Part shown: in pieces, positions 59,028 to 64,000 of the stretch
Numbering within the stretch: position 1 is the stretch's first letter
Layout of the letters: each line of letters starts with the position of its first letter
Assembly: GCA_051294375.1 (NCBI GenBank)
Contig: CM119269.1
Location: forward strand, 16,637,818 to 16,701,817
Length of the DNA stretch: 64,000 bases
Direction: 5' to 3'
Origin: Paraspadella gotoi
Lineage: Eukaryota; Animalia; Chaetognatha
Made by a program: the position numbers and the translations under genes
The notes under the pieces: model-generated
Database searches by the model: none
Seen by the model: the letters and a program-made list of their open reading frames with translations, nothing else
Told to the model about the DNA's origin: nothing

Positions 59028-59254
59028 AAAAGGGCGAAACTTAGAAGGAATCAAGGGCTGGGTTTCGAAACCCAAAGGCCCAGGTGCGACGGAAACGGAA
59101 TTGCCAGTTTCGCTGTCAGGCATTTCTCTTCATTCTTTTATTTCTTTTGATTTTTACCGATTGCCTTTTGTTTTTTGTTTTCGATGATATTTGCCGGGAA
59201 ACTTTGAAGATTAATCTTTAATTTGCTTTCTTTCATATGTTCTATTATATATAT

Positions 59255-59346
<92 letters not shown>

Positions 59347-60215
59347 TTTTAATTTATTTTCTGTTTTTCTTTCTGTCTGTCTTTCTTTCTTCTTTCTTCT
59401 TTCTTTCTTTCTCTTTCTTTCTTCTCTTTCTTCTTCTTTCTTTCTTTCTTTCTTCGTCCCTTTCTCCATTATGATTATCTTTCATTTCTTTCCTCACTTT
59501 TTTTCTCCTTTTCTTTCTTCTTCCTTAGTGGCTCTTTTCTCTTATTCTTCATTCGTCTTTCTCTTTTTTTTCTTTTTTCTTCTTTTCCTTTCCTTTCTCT
59601 TTTTTTCCCTCTTCTCCTTTCCCTTTTTCTTGTTTCCTTTTTTTCCTTCTCTTACCTTTATTTTGTTTGCATCTACATCTTCCTCTTTTCTTTCTTTCTT
59701 TTACATAGAAATGGGATCCCTAATCTTAACTCAAAATCTTTCGCTTGTTTTTCATAAGAATCGATGATCAGAGTCGAAGATAAAATCTCGCCACCGAAAG
59801 TAAGTCGCACGCGCCGCCGAATTTTTTGCACGCTTGAAAAGAACATGTACATGTGAATGTACATGTGTACACAGGACCAGAGCAATTACGCGCCTGAACA
59901 GAACATATCGTTTTTATGTTCCGCGAACATGTACAGGCCTTAACGAAACATGCAAATTATGTAGGCGCCTACAACAACAAGAACTTCTCCAATAACAAGA
60001 AGGAAGATACACCCTCATGAACATGAACATCATGCACAGAACATATCCACAAGTGACGAGAATAAGAGCAGAAGAAAAGAACAATTGCACCTTCAACGAG
60101 AGCATATAAATAGATAAACACGAAAAACAAGCGCCTTGCAACTGACCAGAAATCAATTTCGAAAATGGAAACGAAATGTTTAGGTGAAGACAAATGGCCA
60201 ATTGGCGGCAATTTG

Positions 60216-60255
<40 letters not shown>

Positions 60256-60928
60256 AGTGGTGGGGGGATTGATCTATGGGAGAAGATTGTTTGGATGGGA
60301 TTGGTCGTGATGCAGGTAAATGTTGAGATGGTGGTTTCCGTTCAATGACCAAATGTAGACACAAATTAGACCGTAGCAAAAATGATCCCGATGTATTATT
60401 CAGTTGATGGGGAAAGATATCGAAGGGACGAAGGGGGGGGGAAATGATGGTGGGAACGATGCTGAGGATCGGGACGATTGTAGCTGAGATTTCTGGGGCG
60501 CGTTTATTAGACCCAGATGCAAACGGAGAGGAAATCGAAGGAAGAGAGGTGGAGAAGGGGGGGGGGTGGAAAAAAAGGTAAGAAAAATCCTGGAAAAGGT
60601 GAAGAGGTGAATAGAAAAAAATAGGGTCGATACTTGAATCGAAAGTTAAAAGTGAAGGAGGAAAACATCGCGAATTTTGTGAAATGTGATGGGGATCGCG
60701 GCTTCGACAGGAAATAAAGGTAGAATCACCCTAAATATCCGTGAACATAGTAACTGGAAGAGGAAAAAAAAAAATTTTACAAACTTTTAAACAATTGAAA
60801 CCTTCGGGGAACACAAATTTTAATGGTAAAAGTAAATATATGTAAATATTTATAAAGAAACACAAAGGATATTTATCAGTAGGTACTAATACAGTTCTTG
60901 AATTTAAAGAACACTTACTATATTTTGC

Positions 60929-60977
<49 letters not shown>

Positions 60978-61994
60978 TGTGGGTCTAACACTCCCGGGGA
61001 TTCTTTGTCTAGGCTCTTGTTGTTGCAGCTGCGATGCTATTTCGTATTTTTCGATGAATGGAAAGGGACTGGGGGCAGGGGTGTCGAAATGGGGTGTACT
61101 GCACGTAGTGTGCTAAAATCAGGGAAGAGTGGAATGAAAAAGATATGATGAGACTACGAATAGAAAATTTAAAAAGAGGAAGGTGAAATGACTGGGGAGA
61201 TCCGGGGACGGCTTTATTTTTCAAAAATCGCTTTATTTCATCCTAAATTTAAAATAAGCTTTTTTTTTTAAGTTGAAGATTTGGTTATGGATTATTGTTT
61301 GAATTATTGGTTAGTGATTTAGGTTAGGGACTCGGTTAGGTTAGGTTAGGTTATATATATATTTATTTATCTTATTTAAAAAAAAATTGAATTTGAGGTC
61401 AACATTAGATCAAGGGATTACGGAACAGAAATAGGGCCCCTTCGGAAAATAGTGCCAGGAGGACTGAGGGGGAGAAGCGAATGAGCGGAGGTGGACCCAA
61501 AATTCCCCCCCCCCCGTTTCATTTTTTCCCTCTCGCTTCGTTTATCGTCGGTTTATTTTCACAATTTCACGATTTCACCTCAACCCTGTGACTGCGACGA
61601 ATTATCGCTGCATCCATCCAACATTTTTTTTTCCTAAAAAATAATGTTAAATTTTTATATCGTCGCAGGATAATAAATCCTACCCAAAGCAGAAACGGAT
61701 CGGAGGAGCGGGAAATATTCGCCGATATGGAAAATGGAAAAGGGAAAATGGACATCCTTAAATATCTTGAGACATTAACTTTCAGAGAGAGGGCTATAAA
61801 CGATTGATCGAGGTAACGATCACCATTTGTGCGCCTCCATTCCACTGAGAAACTAACCCGTGACATCGCCCAATGTTTTTATGGTTTTTTAAGCACAATA
61901 AACATTTTGTTCATTTGTTTTGATTTTTCAAAATTATACTTGTAATTTGTACATTTCGTTTTTCTGTCTATTTGTTTGCCTATCTGTCAGTCTT

Positions 61995-62054
<60 letters not shown>

Positions 62055-64000
62055 TCCTTCCTCTTTCGACTCACGTTTGTATTTTTTCCTTCTCTATTTT
62101 TTCATCTTGAAGCCAAATTTCCTGGGGCTTCCACACCTGAATCGGGAAGGGCGAAGCATCGAACGGCGAAGGGTCCTCGGTCCAAGGGGGAGATTTTAAT
62201 GAGTGGAGGAGTGGGAGGTGGGGGAGAAAGTGGTAAAAACTGAGCTGAGTGGTGTAGCGGTAGTTCGGATCCCGCCGATCTCGGGTTTATGGGCGAGAAA
62301 AAAAAATGTTGCTGGTTTTGTATGGGGAAAGATAGGAATGTCGGTAGAGAAGGTTGGTGAATGTTTTGAAAGGAATAAGAAGAAATTGACACTGATGCGG
62401 TTACGATGCTCTTTGTGGTTGGTCACGTGACGTCCATCCCATATAGAGTCAGTATTTTATATATATATATATATATATATACAATAAGTTTGCTGAAATA
62501 TAAACTAGAACGAGATTACTTTCGGCATGAGGTCAAAGAGTTTGATTCTAATTTGAGACAACAAAATAAACTTTTGAAGACCTAATTTGATAAAATATAT
62601 AAAAACACAGATAAGAATAAATTTTATTATTAACTACAATATCATTATTTATTACCCTGACTAGTCACTATAAAGAAAATTAGATTTAAAAGAAGAGAAT
62701 TTTGGTAGGATGCTTTTACTCGCTTTACAAACACAAGCAGTCAAAAATACAAATTCAGTGGGATCTATGAGGTTTTTTATACACAGTTAAAGATGAAAAC
62801 CAAAAGAAGTAGTTTACAATAGGAAATATAAATCTTTTGTTTTTATTTGTACCAGATGAAATTTTTAGATGGTGAAAGTAATGACGTACGATAGATGATA
62901 TGTTCAAATTGTCGTATAATTACAATGATTCACGTCGAAATAAGGCAGAATTTTTTTTGTCTCGTTTAGTTTTGTTTAGTTAGTTTGCAAAAATATAAGT
63001 TAAATACAAGTACGAAAATCAGCACCACGAGTTTGTGAGTATAAAAAACTTTTTTTTTGGATCGACTAGGATGAAAAGTTTAAGAGTCCTTGAGATCACA
63101 CGTATTAATTTTGATATTCACAGAAAAAAAAATTTTGTCATGATATGAAACGAAATTCAATAATCTTCGTTGTATATGTTAAAATTTTTTTATAAACTAA
63201 CAGAAAGGCCGGGAAATTATGAATCTTTCACTCAAAAAAAAAAAAAAAACAAAAAAAAAACAACATTTTAGTCAGAAAATACAAATTTGTGTTTCTATCT
63301 TGTAATAATCATCTATCAGTAAAAAAATTTCAAAACTAATCCAGAAAAAACGAACGTGTGAAAGACTAACGTGAAAAATAAAAGCGACGAAGTAACGAAA
63401 TACGAGAGACGGAACTTCTTTGAGGATATGAACTCGTTGGTCCGAGCTACCATTTCATTGTTGATAATAAAAAATCGATATGTTATTATTGATTAAAGCG
63501 GGAAAAAAGACTAGTTTGAGCGTCAAAAAACAATAACCATAATTCTTTTATTTTTGAATTCGAATTCGGCGAATGATAAGATATAAACGGTGAATCGAAT
63601 TTCGCTTAAGATCCTCGTGAAAATTTCTGTAAACATAGGGACTTTAAATGACAGCGGATTGGTTAGTACTATAGAATGGTAAATAGTATACAAAGGTATA
63701 CTATAATGTCGTCAGCAGAGTGAAGGGCCGATAATATTAGAGTTTGATGCCATTTATTTTTGAACACTATCGGATAAGGCGTAGTGAAAGTTACGTACGA
63801 AAATTCTAAAGGTCAATTATGAACAACATACCATTAGTAAACATTAATTTGTAAAAAAAATTAATTTTATGTTTTTTAATTTTCGCAGTAGGCTATATTT
63901 ATATATAGTACTATCCTTATAAAATCGAAAAATTTCAAAATAGGCTTTTCTTAATTTTGATTGCAGATTTAAATTCCTCGTCAAAAGTTGATAAAAGAAA

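Overview
Intron-rich eukaryotic DNA from a bilaterian invertebrate. The twist sequence looks spiralian-like, which is an inference. Introns are AT-rich and full of (GA)n, (TTTA)n, (TAA)n and (GTC)n microsatellites, and exons are CpG-rich. Manual spliced reconstruction gives: (1) a very tight co-oriented minus-strand cluster of CDC26, NKAP and an unknown gene; (2) a 13-exon NAGPA whose third intron holds a complete antisense glutaminase; (3) PAQR3; (4) two unrecognised multi-exon minus-strand genes, one His/Asp/Arg-rich and one secreted; (5) an 8-exon neuropeptide GPCR whose sixth intron holds an antisense toxin-like knottin precursor and an inverted repeat carrying hammerhead-ribozyme motifs; (6) a 4-exon twist. 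Mobile DNA includes a Tc1 deletion derivative, SINE-like copies and MITE-like repeats. Small indels in NAGPA, glutaminase and twist probably reflect long-read assembly errors. All exon models were read by eye and no database search was run.
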